Of a stretch of 64,000 nucleotides of DNA, positions 1 through 10,824 are shown piece after piece; position 1 is the first letter of the stretch, and every line of letters starts with the position of its first letter. A program made the translations under genes and the position numbers. The notes under the pieces were generated by a model that was given only the letters and a program-made list of their open reading frames with translations, ran no database searches and was not told where the DNA came from. This DNA is from an uncultured Gammaproteobacteria bacterium (GTDB lineage Bacteria; Pseudomonadota; Gammaproteobacteria; Steroidobacterales; CAZJFQ01): positions 5,306 to 69,305 of the forward strand of contig CAZJFQ010000004.1 in NCBI GenBank assembly GCA_964545335.1. Reading direction: 5' to 3'.

Positions 1-120
1 GCGCAATATCATGGAAAGTCACGGCCTGTCAGGCGACGCGCTGTTCGACTGAGATCTACAGAATCAATAATTTTAAGTGATGATTATTAGATAGTTATCA
101 AGCTTACTTTATATTGTTTC

Positions 121-510
121 TCAAGTCCGGTTTCGATCATCCGGTTCGATTATCAGTCCACAGGCGACATTCCGGCCCTCGTGTACCAGCAGGTTGTAGG
201 TCCTGCATGCTGCCGCTGTGTCCATCACTTCGCACCCGATCCCGCGGGATCCAAGGTGGGCTATCACCTCGGCGGGAGGGAAAATCAAAGCCTTGCCCGA
301 ACCGAGGATGACTACCTGCGGCGTCAGTGCCAGGAGCGGATCGAGATCGGTGGTTTCCAGATCGGCCAGCGAAGTCTGCGGCCACTCGATGATCTGATCA
401 GGGGTCAGAATGATGCTATCGGTAATTATCCGGCCTCGCACACAAATCTGTCCCGGCGCGCAGGCCTGGACGAGATACTTATCGCCAGTCGATTCGAGGT
501 TGAATTGCAC
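121..510 (-). CDS. Mth938/DUF498-domain protein
   Basis: 129-aa ORF. The C-terminal stretch VVILGSGKALIFPP...GIGCEVMDTAAACRTYNLLVHEGRNVACGLI fits the DUF498 pattern I recall. Confidence 0.7.
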   Translation of the reverse strand: MQFNLESTGDKYLVQACAPGQICVRGRIITDSIILTPDQIIEWPQTSLADLETTDLDPLLALTPQVVILGSGKALIFPPAEVIAHLGSRGIGCEVMDTAAACRTYNLLVHEGRNVACGLIIEPDDRNRT

Positions 511-676
511 AAGTAAAAGGTAGCGCAGAACTACCTGCTATGTCAGGTGATGCGTCGAAATGCATACCGGGCTGATGCAGTATAGCTTCGGAGGTGTCCG
601 GTGTCCTACACTAGCGCCGGCGTGATTCCGCTCGCGTCGCGACACAAGATATCGATATTTTACCGAGGAGATTATC

Positions 677-2377
677 GTGCCGGTCCTGAGGAGACGCGAT
701 GCCCTGGGACAAGAGTCGCTGCCTGACGACATGCCACCGCTGCTGCGCAGGGTATTTGCTGCCCGCGGTATTCATGATGCGCAGGAACTGAACCATAAAA
801 TCAGCCATCTACTCCCCGTCAGTCGGCTGAACGGCATCGATGACGCCGTCAGGCTCCTGCTGCAACATCTCAAACGCGGCGCTGCGGTGACTGTCGTCGG
901 CGATTTCGACGCCGACGGTGCAACCGGTACCGTTCTCATTGTCCGCGCATTGCGCGCGCTGGGGTTTCCGGATGTCCGTTACCTGGTACCCAATCGCTTT
1001 GAACATGGCTACGGGCTAACGCCGGAAATCGTCACGCTGGCAGCGCGCGGTGATCCCGGACTCCTCATAACGGTGGATAACGGAATCACCAGTGTTGACG
1101 GAGTCAACACGGCCCGGGGGCAGGGTATCGATGTATTGATAACGGACCACCACCTGCCAGGAGAACAACTACCTGCCGCCAACGTGATCGTCAATCCGAA
1201 TCTTAAGAACAGTGACTTTCCGAGCAAATACCTGGCTGGAGTGGGGGTGGCCTTCTATGTGATGGCGGCACTCGCGCGTGAGACAGTCGCCACCGGATTT
1301 CAACCAGCCAGTCTGCTTGATCTGGTGGCGCTGGGGACGATTGCGGATGTCGTTCCGCTGGATTTCAACAACCGTGTTCTGGTCCACGAGGGTATCGAAA
1401 GAATCCGTGCCGGACGATGTTGCGCAGGCATCAAAGCCTTGCTGAACCAGTCGGGGCGAAAACGCGTCGATGTGACCACCGGTGATCTCGCTTTTGCTGT
1501 AGCGCCGCGTCTGAACGCTGCGGGTCGTCTCACGGACATGTCTACCGGCATCGAGTGTCTGTTGACCGACGATCCCGAACGTGCACGCGAACTTGCGGGT
1601 CAGCTCGACCGCCTCAATCGCGAGCGCCGCGACATCGAATCGAAGATGCAGGGGGATGCATTGGAGGCAATTGCAACGGAGTTGCCGGGGTGCGGATCTG
1701 ATGATATGCCACTGGCTGTCTGCCTGTATGACGAAGGCTGGCATCCCGGGGTGGTCGGCCTGGTGGCGTCTCGAGTCAAAGAACAGCTGCACCGACCGGT
1801 AGTAGCGTTTGCCCGGGACAACGAGCGGACACTGAAAGGCTCCGCCCGTTCAGTGCCCGGGTGTCACATGCGGGATGTGCTCGCCTTGGTCGAAGCACGC
1901 AATCCGGGGACGATCCAGCGTTTCGGCGGGCACGCCATGGCAGCCGGACTATCGCTGGATTTGCACAAGCTCGAAGCTTTTCGCACGGGACTGGTCGCTG
2001 CCGTTGCCGAAACGATCAGCCCCGCTGACCTCGAAAACGTCCTTTTGACCGATGGTGAACTGGATACCGGCGATCTGAACCTCGAGACGGCCACGCTGAT
2101 TCGCCACGCGGCTCCTTGGGGCCAGGCGTTTCCCGAGCCCTTGTTCGATGGACGGTTTGTTCCGGTTGAGCATCGGGTCGTGGGTGGTTGTCATCTCAAG
2201 TTGCGAGTTAAACCGTCCGCTGGCGGACCGGTGCTTGACGCGATCGCATTCAATTGCCGACAACATGAACGCTGGTTGACGCGAGCGGAAGTGACATTGG
2301 TCTACCGGCTGGATGTCAACGAATATCGGGGAATCAGGAGTCTTCAGCTGGTTGTTGAACATATAGAGCGGGGCTGA
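677..2377 (+). CDS. recJ: Single-stranded-DNA-specific exonuclease RecJ
   Basis: 566 aa. DHH-family motifs VVGDFDADGATG and LITDHH are present, and the length is typical for RecJ. Confidence 0.95.
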   Translation: MPVLRRRDALGQESLPDDMPPLLRRVFAARGIHDAQELNHKISHLLPVSRLNGIDDAVRLLLQHLKRGAAVTVVGDFDADGATGTVLIVRALRALGFPDVRYLVPNRFEHGYGLTPEIVTLAARGDPGLLITVDNGITSVDGVNTARGQGIDVLITDHHLPGEQLPAANVIVNPNLKNSDFPSKYLAGVGVAFYVMAALARETVATGFQPASLLDLVALGTIADVVPLDFNNRVLVHEGIERIRAGRCCAGIKALLNQSGRKRVDVTTGDLAFAVAPRLNAAGRLTDMSTGIECLLTDDPERARELAGQLDRLNRERRDIESKMQGDALEAIATELPGCGSDDMPLAVCLYDEGWHPGVVGLVASRVKEQLHRPVVAFARDNERTLKGSARSVPGCHMRDVLALVEARNPGTIQRFGGHAMAAGLSLDLHKLEAFRTGLVAAVAETISPADLENVLLTDGELDTGDLNLETATLIRHAAPWGQAFPEPLFDGRFVPVEHRVVGGCHLKLRVKPSAGGPVLDAIAFNCRQHERWLTRAEVTLVYRLDVNEYRGIRSLQLVVEHIERG

Positions 2378-2406
2378 CAAACTGCCGACAATCAGGGGGC
2401 GGAATT

Positions 2407-3348
2407 GTGCGGTCAATAAGTACAGCAGTCATAGGCGCGGGTTATCTTGGCAAATTTCACGCCGAGAAATTCGCCAATCTGGCGGAGTCCGATCTTGTCG
2501 CAGTCGTCGACATCGACATCGATCGGGCGCGTCAGGTCGCCGAAACCTGCGGCGCCAAGGCGCTTTCTGATTACCGCGACATCGTGGGCAACGTCGAGGC
2601 CGTAAGCGTTGTTGTTCCTACAGCCTTGCACCACCAGGTAGCCGCTGATTTCTTGCAGCACGATACGCATGTCCTGGTCGAGAAACCGATAACCGTGACT
2701 GTCGACCAGGCGCAGGCGTTGATTGCGTTGGCGCGGGAGCGCAATCGCGTCCTTCAGGTCGGTCACCTGGAACGCTTCAATTCGGCCATCCTCGCGTTGC
2801 GCGACACGTTGAGCAAACCGAGATTCATCGAATCGCATCGGCTGGCTCCGTTCAAACAGCGCGGCACGGACGTTAACGTCGTCCTGGATCTGATGATTCA
2901 TGACATCGACATCATTCAAAGTCTGGTTCGGGCCCCGCTTATACAGATCGATGCTAACGGCGTGTCCGTCCTGACCCGCGAACCCGACATAGCCAACGCG
3001 CATTTGCGGTTTGAGAACGGTTGTGTGGCAAATGTGACTGCCAGCCGGGTGAGTATGAAAAGTGAACGCAAGATCCGCCTTTTCCAGCATGACGCGTATA
3101 TCTCAATCGACCTGATGAATCGTAACTTGAAGATTTATCGGCGCTCCGATGACGGGGTGGATGAGGGCATGGAGCGAATCCAGGTCGAGGAACGTTCCTT
3201 TGAATCTGGTGATGCACTAAGAATGGAGATCAAAGCGTTTCTGGATGCCATCATCCATGACAAACCACCCGCAGTCAGTGGCGAGGACGGACTCAACGCC
3301 TTAAAAACCGCGATAGATATCACGAAAATGATGGAAAGCAACAATTGA
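2407..3348 (+). CDS. Gfo/Idh/MocA-family NAD(P)-dependent oxidoreductase
   Basis: 313 aa with a GTG start. N-terminal Rossmann motif AVIGAGYLGKFH and the EKP motif (VLVEKPI) typical of this family. Confidence 0.85.
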   Translation: MRSISTAVIGAGYLGKFHAEKFANLAESDLVAVVDIDIDRARQVAETCGAKALSDYRDIVGNVEAVSVVVPTALHHQVAADFLQHDTHVLVEKPITVTVDQAQALIALARERNRVLQVGHLERFNSAILALRDTLSKPRFIESHRLAPFKQRGTDVNVVLDLMIHDIDIIQSLVRAPLIQIDANGVSVLTREPDIANAHLRFENGCVANVTASRVSMKSERKIRLFQHDAYISIDLMNRNLKIYRRSDDGVDEGMERIQVEERSFESGDALRMEIKAFLDAIIHDKPPAVSGEDGLNALKTAIDITKMMESNN

Positions 3349-3440
3349 CGGCCCGGGTTTCTGGCGCCATGATCATTGCCACGATGCTGGGTCAGCCTGC
3401 GGCTAAAACCGGTCATTCCGGCGTATTGATTGCCGTCGCG

Positions 3441-4220
3441 CTAGAGCTCGAATCCCTTGGCGGCCCCGAATCCGTAAATGCCACGCTTCGATGGATGCGA
3501 TAGCCAGTCGCGCAGGATATTGACCTCTTCTGTGTCCGGTAAATCATCCAGACCTTCCCCACCCTTTATTGCCTTCAGAGCCTCCTTAACTGCGCGGTAG
3601 CGATCGCCTCGGACACCGGCGCGCCGCAAACCCACCGCATTCGGACCGCGATGACGGACAGGTTGGCCGCCCAGCAGAGTGAACGGCAGGACATCCATCC
3701 TTACCGCAGTTCGACCCGCAACCATTGCCAATCGACCGATGCGGGTGAACTGGTGAATCAGAGTGCCGCCGCCAAGTACGCAGCCGTCCTCGCAGATCAC
3801 GTGACCCGCAAGACCCACATAATTTGTGGCAATGACATTATTGCCGACCTGACAGTCGTGCCCGACGTGCGACATCGCCATGAAGAAACAGCCTGATCCA
3901 ATCCGCGTCGGGCGGTCGACCGAAGTTGAGCGGTGAATGGTGACGCATTCGCGAATATTGTTGTCGTCGCCGATTTCGACCCAGGTTTCCTCGTTGTCAA
4001 AACTGACATCTTGAGGCAGGTCGCCGATGACTGAATGTGCATGAACCCGGTTGTTGCGACCCATACGGACATAGTCGTGAATAACAGCGTGCGGACCGAC
4101 AACTGAATCGTCGCCGATTTCCACCGCTCCGGATATGACCGAAAAGGGCAGGACGCGAACGTTGCTCCCCAGACGAGCGTCGTTCGAAATGACTGCAGTA
4201 GGATGAATCAGATCCGCCAT
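3441..4220 (-). CDS. lpxA: Acyl-ACP--UDP-N-acetylglucosamine O-acyltransferase (LpxA family), divergent
   Basis: Hexapeptide-repeat protein that aligns by eye to E. coli LpxA (IHPTAV..., SHVGHDCQVGN with the catalytic His, GLRRAG). Start is set at Met44 of the 302-aa ORF (ATG at 4220), giving about 260 aa and removing the overlap with prfB. Confidence 0.85.
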   Translation of the reverse strand: MADLIHPTAVISNDARLGSNVRVLPFSVISGAVEIGDDSVVGPHAVIHDYVRMGRNNRVHAHSVIGDLPQDVSFDNEETWVEIGDDNNIRECVTIHRSTSVDRPTRIGSGCFFMAMSHVGHDCQVGNNVIATNYVGLAGHVICEDGCVLGGGTLIHQFTRIGRLAMVAGRTAVRMDVLPFTLLGGQPVRHRGPNAVGLRRAGVRGDRYRAVKEALKAIKGGEGLDDLPDTEEVNILRDWLSHPSKRGIYGFGAAKGFEL

Positions 4221-4347
4221 TGCCGCATGCTTTGTTCTTGGTCCGACGCAAATAATACCACCGTCCGTTGTTATTCCGACCCAACATTCATACGCGGTCA
4301 GGCATGCTAAACTTGCGCGCCAGTGTTCAGGCCCGAACCCCAAGGTC

Positions 4348-5443
4348 ATGGAAGTCAGTCAACTTCAGAGTCAGATCAATGATCTTAGCAAGCGCGTTGC
4401 GGCGCTAAGGGGGTACCTTTGACCTTGATAAAAAGAAGCGAAGACTAAACGAGGTGACCGAACTCCTGGCCGATCCGGATGTGTGGGGTGACCGGGAGCG
4501 GGCACAAAACCTCGGCCGTGAAAGGTCTGGTCTCGAAAAGGTCGTGCTGCAGTTGAAAACGCTGTCTGCCGGTCTTACCGATAGCGCCGAACTGTTCCAA
4601 TTGGCTCGTGAGGAAAACGATTCGGCGACGATGGACGAACTGGCAATCGACCTCGACCGGTACGCCACTGAGATCGAGCGTCTGGAGTTCCGGCGCATGT
4701 TTTCCAATCCGATGGATGCTGCCAATGCATTCCTCGACGTTCAGGCGGGTTCCGGCGGTACCGAGGCCCAGGACTGGACCGAGATGCTGTTGAGGATGTA
4801 CCTGAAATGGGCTGAGGCCCACGGTTTTGATGCCGAAATTATCGAGGCATCAGCCGGCGAGGTCGCCGGCATGAAGAGTGCAACGGTGCATATCCGCGGC
4901 GATTATGCGTTCGGCTGGCTGCGGACCGAAACGGGTGTGCATCGCCTGGTCCGCAAGTCACCATTTGATTCCGGGAACCGACGGCACACGTCTTTTGCTG
5001 CAGTGTTCGTGTCACCGGAGATTGACGACGAGGTTGACGTTGAAATAAATCCGGCTGATCTTCGTGTAGACGTCTACCGGGCGAGCGGTGCCGGTGGGCA
5101 GCATGTCAACCGGACTGAGTCGGCCGTCAGGATTACCCATATGCCGTCCGGCATAGTCGTGCAATGTCAGAACGATCGCTCGCAACATAAAAACAAGGCG
5201 ACCGCGATGAAGCAACTCAAAGCGAAGCTTTACGAACTCGAAATGCAGAAGCGCCGTACGGAGGCGCAGGCGATTGAGGACAGCAAGGCCGACATTGGTT
5301 GGGGCAGCCAGATCCGTTCTTATGTGCTGGATCAGGCGCGAATAAAGGATCTGCGGACGGGTGTCGAATCAGGTAACACGCAGGCAGTCCTGGATGGCGA
5401 CCTTGACCGGTTTATCGAAGCCAGCCTCAAGGAGGGCGTGTAG
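4348..5443 (+). CDS. prfB: Peptide chain release factor 2, made by programmed +1 frameshift
   Basis: Frame 0 reads ATG4348 [24 protein letters not shown] and ends at TGA 4420. A +1 shift at CTT TGA C joins the 4454..5443 ORF. SPF (RKSPFD) and GGQ (GAGGQHVN) motifs are present. Confidence 0.95.
4408..4423 (+). promoter_or_regulatory. prfB: RF2 autoregulatory +1 frameshift site (SD-like AGGGGG, then CTT TGA C)
   Basis: The sequence AGG GGG TAC CTT TGA C is read directly. It is identical in layout to the classical prfB recoding signal. Confidence 0.9.
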
Positions 5444-5462
5444 CAACATTTACGGGCAGCTT

Positions 5463-6950
5463 ATGACCGACAAGGACGAACATTCCCTGATCTCAGATCG
5501 TCGTCGCAAGCTGACACGGCTTCGCGAGCAGGGTCCGGCCTATCCGAATCACCACCGACGAACGGTGCTGGCGGGTGAACTGCATGCACACTGCGATGGC
5601 AAGAGCGACGATGCCATCGATGCGGAACAACTTGCGGTCCATGTCACCGGCCGAATGATGGCCAAGCGGATAATGGGTAAGGCCAGTTTTGTCCGTCTCG
5701 ACGATCGATCCGGATCGATCCAGCTGTTTCTGCAACGTGACGCGCTAGCCGATGGTCTTTACGCGGCGTTCAAGTCCTGGGATGTTGGCGATCTGATTTC
5801 CGCTGAGGGAACAGTGTTCCGTACCCGCAAAGGAGAACTGTCGGTCCGGGTAACGGCGCTGAGCATGCTGGCGAAGTGTCTGCGGCCACTGCCCGAGAAA
5901 TATCATGGCCTTGCTGATCAGGAACTTCGCTATCGTCGGCGGTATCTCGACCTGATCATGAATGATCGGACACGACGCACCTTTCGGATGCGTACCCGGA
6001 TCATCAGTTTTATCCGTCACTACCTGGATGCGCTGGACTTCATGGAAGTTGAAACGCCCATGATGCAGACGATTGCGGGCGGGGCGCTTGCGCGGCCGTT
6101 TGAAACTCATCACAACGCGCTTGACATGAAACTTTTCTTAAGAGTTGCGCCGGAGTTATTTCTCAAGCGCCTTATCGTCGGCGGACTGGAGCGAGTCTAC
6201 GAGATCAACAGGAATTTCCGTAATGAAGGTATATCAACTCAGCATAACCCGGAATTTACAATGCTCGAGTTGTACACAGCCTACGCTGACTACAACGACG
6301 TCATGAATCTGACCGAATCGATGCTGCGGAGTATGGCTCAGAGCCTGCTTGATTCCACTAACGTTGAGTACCAGGGACGAACGCTGGATTTCGGTCCGGA
6401 ATTCGAGCGGCGGACCTTGCAGGATGCGATTACTGGTCAAAACCCGAATCTTGACCCGTCCCGTATTCGAGATGAAATCCATCTTCGCGAAATCTGCGAC
6501 CAGCTGAGTATCCCACATCAGAAACACTACGGCGCGGGCAAGCTGCAGCTGGAAATTTTCGAAAAGACAGTGGAGGATCATCTGACGCGGCCGACGTTTA
6601 TTACAGCCTATCCCGCAGAGGTGTCGCCATTGGCCCGTCGTACGGATAACGACGAGTTCAGTACCGATCGTTTTGAACTATTTGCGGCCGGTCTCGAGCT
6701 TGCCAACGGGTTTTCGGAACTGAACGACCCTGAGGATCAGGCGGCTCGGTTCAGGGAACAGGCCGCGATGAAAGCGAAGGGCGATGACGAAGCCATGATC
6801 TTTGATGATGACTACGTGCGGGCCCTCGAATATGGCATGCCACCATGTGGGGGCCTTGGCGTCGGTATTGATCGGGTGGTCATGTTGCTGACAGATTCAT
6901 CGTCAATCCGGGATGTTTTGTTGTTTCCCGTTATGCGGCCTGAGTCATAA
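5463..6950 (+). CDS. lysS: Lysine--tRNA ligase, class II
   Basis: About 495 aa from ATG 5463 (MTDKDEH...). Class II motifs are present (FRNEG; [14 protein letters not shown]). The prfB-lysS order matches E. coli. Confidence 0.95.
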   Translation: MTDKDEHSLISDRRRKLTRLREQGPAYPNHHRRTVLAGELHAHCDGKSDDAIDAEQLAVHVTGRMMAKRIMGKASFVRLDDRSGSIQLFLQRDALADGLYAAFKSWDVGDLISAEGTVFRTRKGELSVRVTALSMLAKCLRPLPEKYHGLADQELRYRRRYLDLIMNDRTRRTFRMRTRIISFIRHYLDALDFMEVETPMMQTIAGGALARPFETHHNALDMKLFLRVAPELFLKRLIVGGLERVYEINRNFRNEGISTQHNPEFTMLELYTAYADYNDVMNLTESMLRSMAQSLLDSTNVEYQGRTLDFGPEFERRTLQDAITGQNPNLDPSRIRDEIHLREICDQLSIPHQKHYGAGKLQLEIFEKTVEDHLTRPTFITAYPAEVSPLARRTDNDEFSTDRFELFAAGLELANGFSELNDPEDQAARFREQAAMKAKGDDEAMIFDDDYVRALEYGMPPCGGLGVGIDRVVMLLTDSSSIRDVLLFPVMRPES

Positions 6951-7901
6951 CAGAAGTTCGGAACCGGGTACGGAATAAGGCATACCCTTGAAGGTCAGTT
7001 TAGACGCTCCGGTCATCTCGAGTGCCAACGTTTCGCCGAGAGATGACAAATTTAGGACGGCAAGCATCTCGCAGCCGAATCCGTCCACCGAAACTGCGTC
7101 GACCACGGTGCCGACCGCCGCACTGTTGGAGAATATCCGAGCACCGGCAACCGGAGCATCCTGCTGCGTCGAACTGAGCCGAAACATACGTCGCTTGACG
7201 CGACCAAGATGTTGCGCTCGGGCGATCACTTCCTGGCCGGTAAAACATCCTTTCCTGAAATCAATGCCGCCGACGACATCCAGGTTGAGCATCTGCGCCA
7301 GGAACGTGTCGCTGGTCGCGGGGTAAATCATGGGAATGCCGGACGAGATCATCGTCTGACGCCACGCGATATCTGCCTCATGATTTTCGAGGCCGGGTGC
7401 GCCTGAAAACGCCGGTACGGCAGAATTGGCACCGGAGATCAGAAAGCTATGCGTTGGACCCGGAAGACCCGCCACAAACAGGTCTTCCGACACGGATACC
7501 GCCGCGATGTCTGCTGCTGACCCGAGTCCTGCTGAATTCAGGACCTGATCACATCCGGGACCTGAGAGGGCTGCAATGACGACATCCGACACGGCAAGTG
7601 AAACCTCAGACCGCAATACATAACGACCCAAAACACCGCAGGTAATGTCGAGCTGGGACCGCGGCAGGACCAGGCGAAAGTAATCCGCCTGGCGCAACAA
7701 CCAGAAAACAGCGACAACGCGTCCCTGCGGCGTACTGACGGAATTCAGCTGTATGCCAGGTGTTGCGAGTGCGACGACGTCATTGCTTGTCTGGCCCTGC
7801 AGGAATGCAGCAGCATCGGCGCCAGCCGCATCAATGGCCGCAAATTCAGATAATCGCAGAAACCGGCAATCCGGCATGATGCTCGTCGCTCGGTCCGTCA
7901 T
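6945..7901 (-). CDS. ygfZ: Folate-binding tRNA-modification/Fe-S repair protein YgfZ
   Basis: 318 aa with the signature [22 protein letters not shown]. Confidence 0.85.
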   Translation of the reverse strand: MTDRATSIMPDCRFLRLSEFAAIDAAGADAAAFLQGQTSNDVVALATPGIQLNSVSTPQGRVVAVFWLLRQADYFRLVLPRSQLDITCGVLGRYVLRSEVSLAVSDVVIAALSGPGCDQVLNSAGLGSAADIAAVSVSEDLFVAGLPGPTHSFLISGANSAVPAFSGAPGLENHEADIAWRQTMISSGIPMIYPATSDTFLAQMLNLDVVGGIDFRKGCFTGQEVIARAQHLGRVKRRMFRLSSTQQDAPVAGARIFSNSAAVGTVVDAVSVDGFGCEMLAVLNLSSLGETLALEMTGASKLTFKGMPYSVPGSELLL

Positions 7902-8030
7902 GGCTTGTCTGACCCCACCATTCTACGGTTGTCGGGACGGTGATTTCACGCGGTACCGCAGGTTTTGTTCGGCGGCAGGCTCTGATTGTTCATCGTGCAA
8001 ACAAGATACCTTTCTGGCAAAATTCTCGCC

Positions 8031-8198
8031 ATGTCCGAAGCAGGCAAAAAACCGTTACAGGTACCGGAGCGCGGCAAGAAGACATCGGCCCAAGCCCCGC
8101 GGAAAAAACCACGGCCAACGGAGACCGGCGGGCCGGCCGGGCTGGAGCCCACGCGCTACGGTGACTGGGAAAAAGGCGGTCGCTGTATCGACTTCTGA
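8031..8198 (+). CDS. DUF1674 protein, homologue of succinate dehydrogenase assembly factor 4 (SDHAF4/Sdh8)
   Basis: 55 aa from ATG 8031, inside the 70-aa ORF. The C-terminus EPTRYGDWEKGGRCIDF matches the conserved DUF1674/SDHAF4 C-terminal motif. It sits directly upstream of sdhC. Confidence 0.75.
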   Translation: MSEAGKKPLQVPERGKKTSAQAPRKKPRPTETGGPAGLEPTRYGDWEKGGRCIDF

Positions 8199-8248
8199 CA
8201 TACGCAAGCCCAAATAGACGTCGTTTCAAAATCTTAAGGAACAAAACC

Positions 8249-8647
8249 ATGACCCGGGGTAATCGTCCGCTGTCGCCGCATCTGCAAATTTACCGGCCAC
8301 AGTTGACGTGGGTACTCTCTATTCTGCATCGGTTTACCGGTGTTGTGCTCTCTGTCGGCGCCCTGCTACTTGTTGGGTGGTTGATGGCGGCTGCATCCGG
8401 ACCGTCGGTTTATTCAAAAGTGGCGCCGTATCTTGTATCAACTAGCGGGCTGATTATCATTGCCGCCTTCTCTTTTGCACTGATATATCACCTGCTCAAC
8501 GGCATTCGGCACCTGATTTGGGACACCGGGCACTGGCTCCGGCTCAGGGAGGTCTACGCGTCCGGATGGGCGGTCGTCATTCTGGCTATGGTATTAACAA
8601 CCACACTCTGGATCATTGTGCTGCTGACCTGGGGCGATGCCGCATGA
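8249..8647 (+). CDS. sdhC: Succinate dehydrogenase cytochrome b556 subunit
   Basis: 132 aa. Contains RPLSPHLQIYRPQLTWVLSILHRFTG, three TM helices, and fits the operon context. Confidence 0.9.
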   Translation: MTRGNRPLSPHLQIYRPQLTWVLSILHRFTGVVLSVGALLLVGWLMAAASGPSVYSKVAPYLVSTSGLIIIAAFSFALIYHLLNGIRHLIWDTGHWLRLREVYASGWAVVILAMVLTTTLWIIVLLTWGDAA

Positions 8648-9024
8648 ACCTGAAAACGTCGCTGAGTCTCGCGCTGGGACCGGGATCGGCCAAGAGTGGC
8701 GTGCGTCACTGGTGGCAGCAACGCCTGACTGCGGTGGCGCTGGTTCCGCTGGCGATTTGGTTTCTGGTGTCGTTACTGTCGTTGAACGCTACCGATTATG
8801 AGAGCGTAACTTACTGGATATCCAATCCGCTCAATACAGTACTGTTGATTATTTTTGTTGCTGTGCTTATTTTTCACTCAAAACTCGGTGTCCAGGTTGT
8901 TATTGAAGATTATGTGCACGGGCACGCGGTGAAGGTTGCATCGCTGGTGCTGTCCCGTTTTGTGCACTACGCAGCGCTCATCGCCGGCGTCTATGCCGTT
9001 ATTCACGTGGCGCTCGGAGACTGA
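8644..9024 (+). CDS. sdhD: Succinate dehydrogenase hydrophobic membrane anchor subunit
   Basis: 126 aa from ATG 8644 (ATGA overlap with the sdhC stop). TM-rich, positioned between sdhC and sdhA. Confidence 0.85.
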   Translation: MNLKTSLSLALGPGSAKSGVRHWWQQRLTAVALVPLAIWFLVSLLSLNATDYESVTYWISNPLNTVLLIIFVAVLIFHSKLGVQVVIEDYVHGHAVKVASLVLSRFVHYAALIAGVYAVIHVALGD

Positions 9025-9030
9025 TACGGC

Positions 9031-10824
9031 GTGAGTGATTCTTATAAAGTTATCGACCATTCCTACGACGTGATCGTCGTCGGTGCCGGCGGGGCCGGAC
9101 TACGAGCGACTCTCGGACTCGCGGAGGCGGGACTCAAGACCGCCTGTATCACCAAAGTGTTTCCAACACGCAGTCACACAGTGGCGGCTCAGGGTGGTAT
9201 CAGTGCCGCGCTCGGCAATATGGGGGCCGACGACTGGCGCTGGCATATGTTCGATACCGTTAAGGGGTCGGATTGGCTTGGCGATCAGGACGCCATCGAA
9301 TACATGTGCAAGGAGGCGCCCGACGCAGTCATTGAGCTTGAACACTATGGTGTCCCGTTTTCGCGCACAGAAGACGGGCGGATCTATCAGCGGCCTTTCG
9401 GGGGCATGACGACAAACTATGGCGAAGGTGTTGCCCAGCGAACCTGCGCCGCTGCCGACCGTACCGGCCATGCGATGCTGCACACACTTTATCAACAGTC
9501 ACTGAAACACGAAGCCGAGTTTTTTATCGAATATTTTGCGCTGGACCTGATCATGGATGACGAGGGATGTTGTCGCGGAGTCATGGCGTGGCAGCTGGAC
9601 GACGGCACGATCCATCGATTCCGTGCGCACCGGACGATCCTCGCATCCGGTGGCTATGGCCGGGCGTATTTCTCCTGCACTTCGGCACATACGTGTACCG
9701 GCGACGGCAACGGTATGGTTTTGCGGGCCGGTCTGCCGCTGCAGGACATGGAATTTGTACAGTTTCATCCAACCGGCATTTACGGTTCGGGCTGCCTGAT
9801 CACCGAGGGTGCGCGCGGCGAAGGCGGCTACCTGACCAACTCGGCGGGCGAGCGGTTCATGGATCGATACGCCCCGAACGCCAGGGACCTGTCTTCACGC
9901 GACGTGGTGAGCCGCTCGATGACAATTGAGATTCGCGAAGGGCGGGGTGTGGGTAACGATCAGGATCACATTCATCTGCATCTCGAACACTTAGGTACCG
10001 AGATCATTGACGAGCGATTGCCGGGTATCGCAGAGACAGCGCGAATTTTCGCAGGAGTCGATGTCAACCGGGAACCCATCCCAGTGCTGCCGACGGTTCA
10101 TTACAACATGGGGGGGATTCCGACGAATTACCATGGAGAGGTCCTGACGATTAAGGACGGCGATGCCAACTACGTAGTACCGGGATTGATGGCTGTAGGT
10201 GAAGCTGCATGTGTATCCGTGCATGGGGCCAATCGGCTGGGCTCCAATTCGCTCCTGGATCTTGTCGTGTTTGGTCGGGCCGCAGGGCTTCGCTGCGCGG
10301 CGACAGTAAGCGCGGACGCAAAGCATGCGTCGTTGCCACCTGATGCGGGCGATGCCTGCATGGCATGGCTGGACCAGTATCGGCATGCAAACGGTTCATT
10401 GCCAACGGCAGAAATACGGCTGCAGATGCAACGCACGATGCAGAATCACGCTGCGGTATTTCGAACCGGCGCGGTGATGAAAGACGGGATCGAGCAACTG
10501 AAGCAGATAAGGGAGAGTTTCCTGGACGTTCGCGTTGGCGATCGATCGTTGATCTGGAACACAGATCTCATGGAGACTCTTGAATTGGCTAATCTGCTCG
10601 CGCAGGCAACGGTTACAATGCATTCTGCCGAAAATCGTCGCGAAAGCCGGGGCGCACACGCGCGGGAAGATTATCCGGACCGTGACGATAAGCAATGGAT
10701 GAAACATACCGTGGCCTGGTACGACGCGGGAGAGGATTCGGTTCACATCGACTATCGGGATGTGCATATGAAGACTTTGACAGACGATGTCGACGTTATC
10801 CCGCCAAGGGCACGGGTATACTAG
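9031..10824 (+). CDS. sdhA: Succinate dehydrogenase flavoprotein subunit
   Basis: 597 aa with a GTG start after GGAGA. Contains [23 protein letters not shown] (the FAD-histidyl site) and HGANRLG. Confidence 0.97.
   Translation: MSDSYKVIDHSYDVIVVGAGGAGLRATLGLAEAGLKTACITKVFPTRSHTVAAQGGISAALGNMGADDWRWHMFDTVKGSDWLGDQDAIEYMCKEAPDAVIELEHYGVPFSRTEDGRIYQRPFGGMTTNYGEGVAQRTCAAADRTGHAMLHTLYQQSLKHEAEFFIEYFALDLIMDDEGCCRGVMAWQLDDGTIHRFRAHRTILASGGYGRAYFSCTSAHTCTGDGNGMVLRAGLPLQDMEFVQFHPTGIYGSGCLITEGARGEGGYLTNSAGERFMDRYAPNARDLSSRDVVSRSMTIEIREGRGVGNDQDHIHLHLEHLGTEIIDERLPGIAETARIFAGVDVNREPIPVLPTVHYNMGGIPTNYHGEVLTIKDGDANYVVPGLMAVGEAACVSVHGANRLGSNSLLDLVVFGRAAGLRCAATVSADAKHASLPPDAGDACMAWLDQYRHANGSLPTAEIRLQMQRTMQNHAAVFRTGAVMKDGIEQLKQIRESFLDVRVGDRSLIWNTDLMETLELANLLAQATVTMHSAENRRESRGAHAREDYPDRDDKQWMKHTVAWYDAGEDSVHIDYRDVHMKTLTDDVDVIPPRARVY

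Noticed and set aside
2-52. Open frame ending at TGA 50-52 (…RNIMESHGLSGDALFD), possibly the 3' end of an upstream gene
   Set aside because: Only 16 codons are visible, which is too short to identify or to distinguish from chance.
4221-4349. 43-codon N-terminal extension of the LpxA ORF
   Set aside because: It would overlap the true prfB start region on the other strand. The LpxA alignment begins at MADLIHPTAV (Met44).
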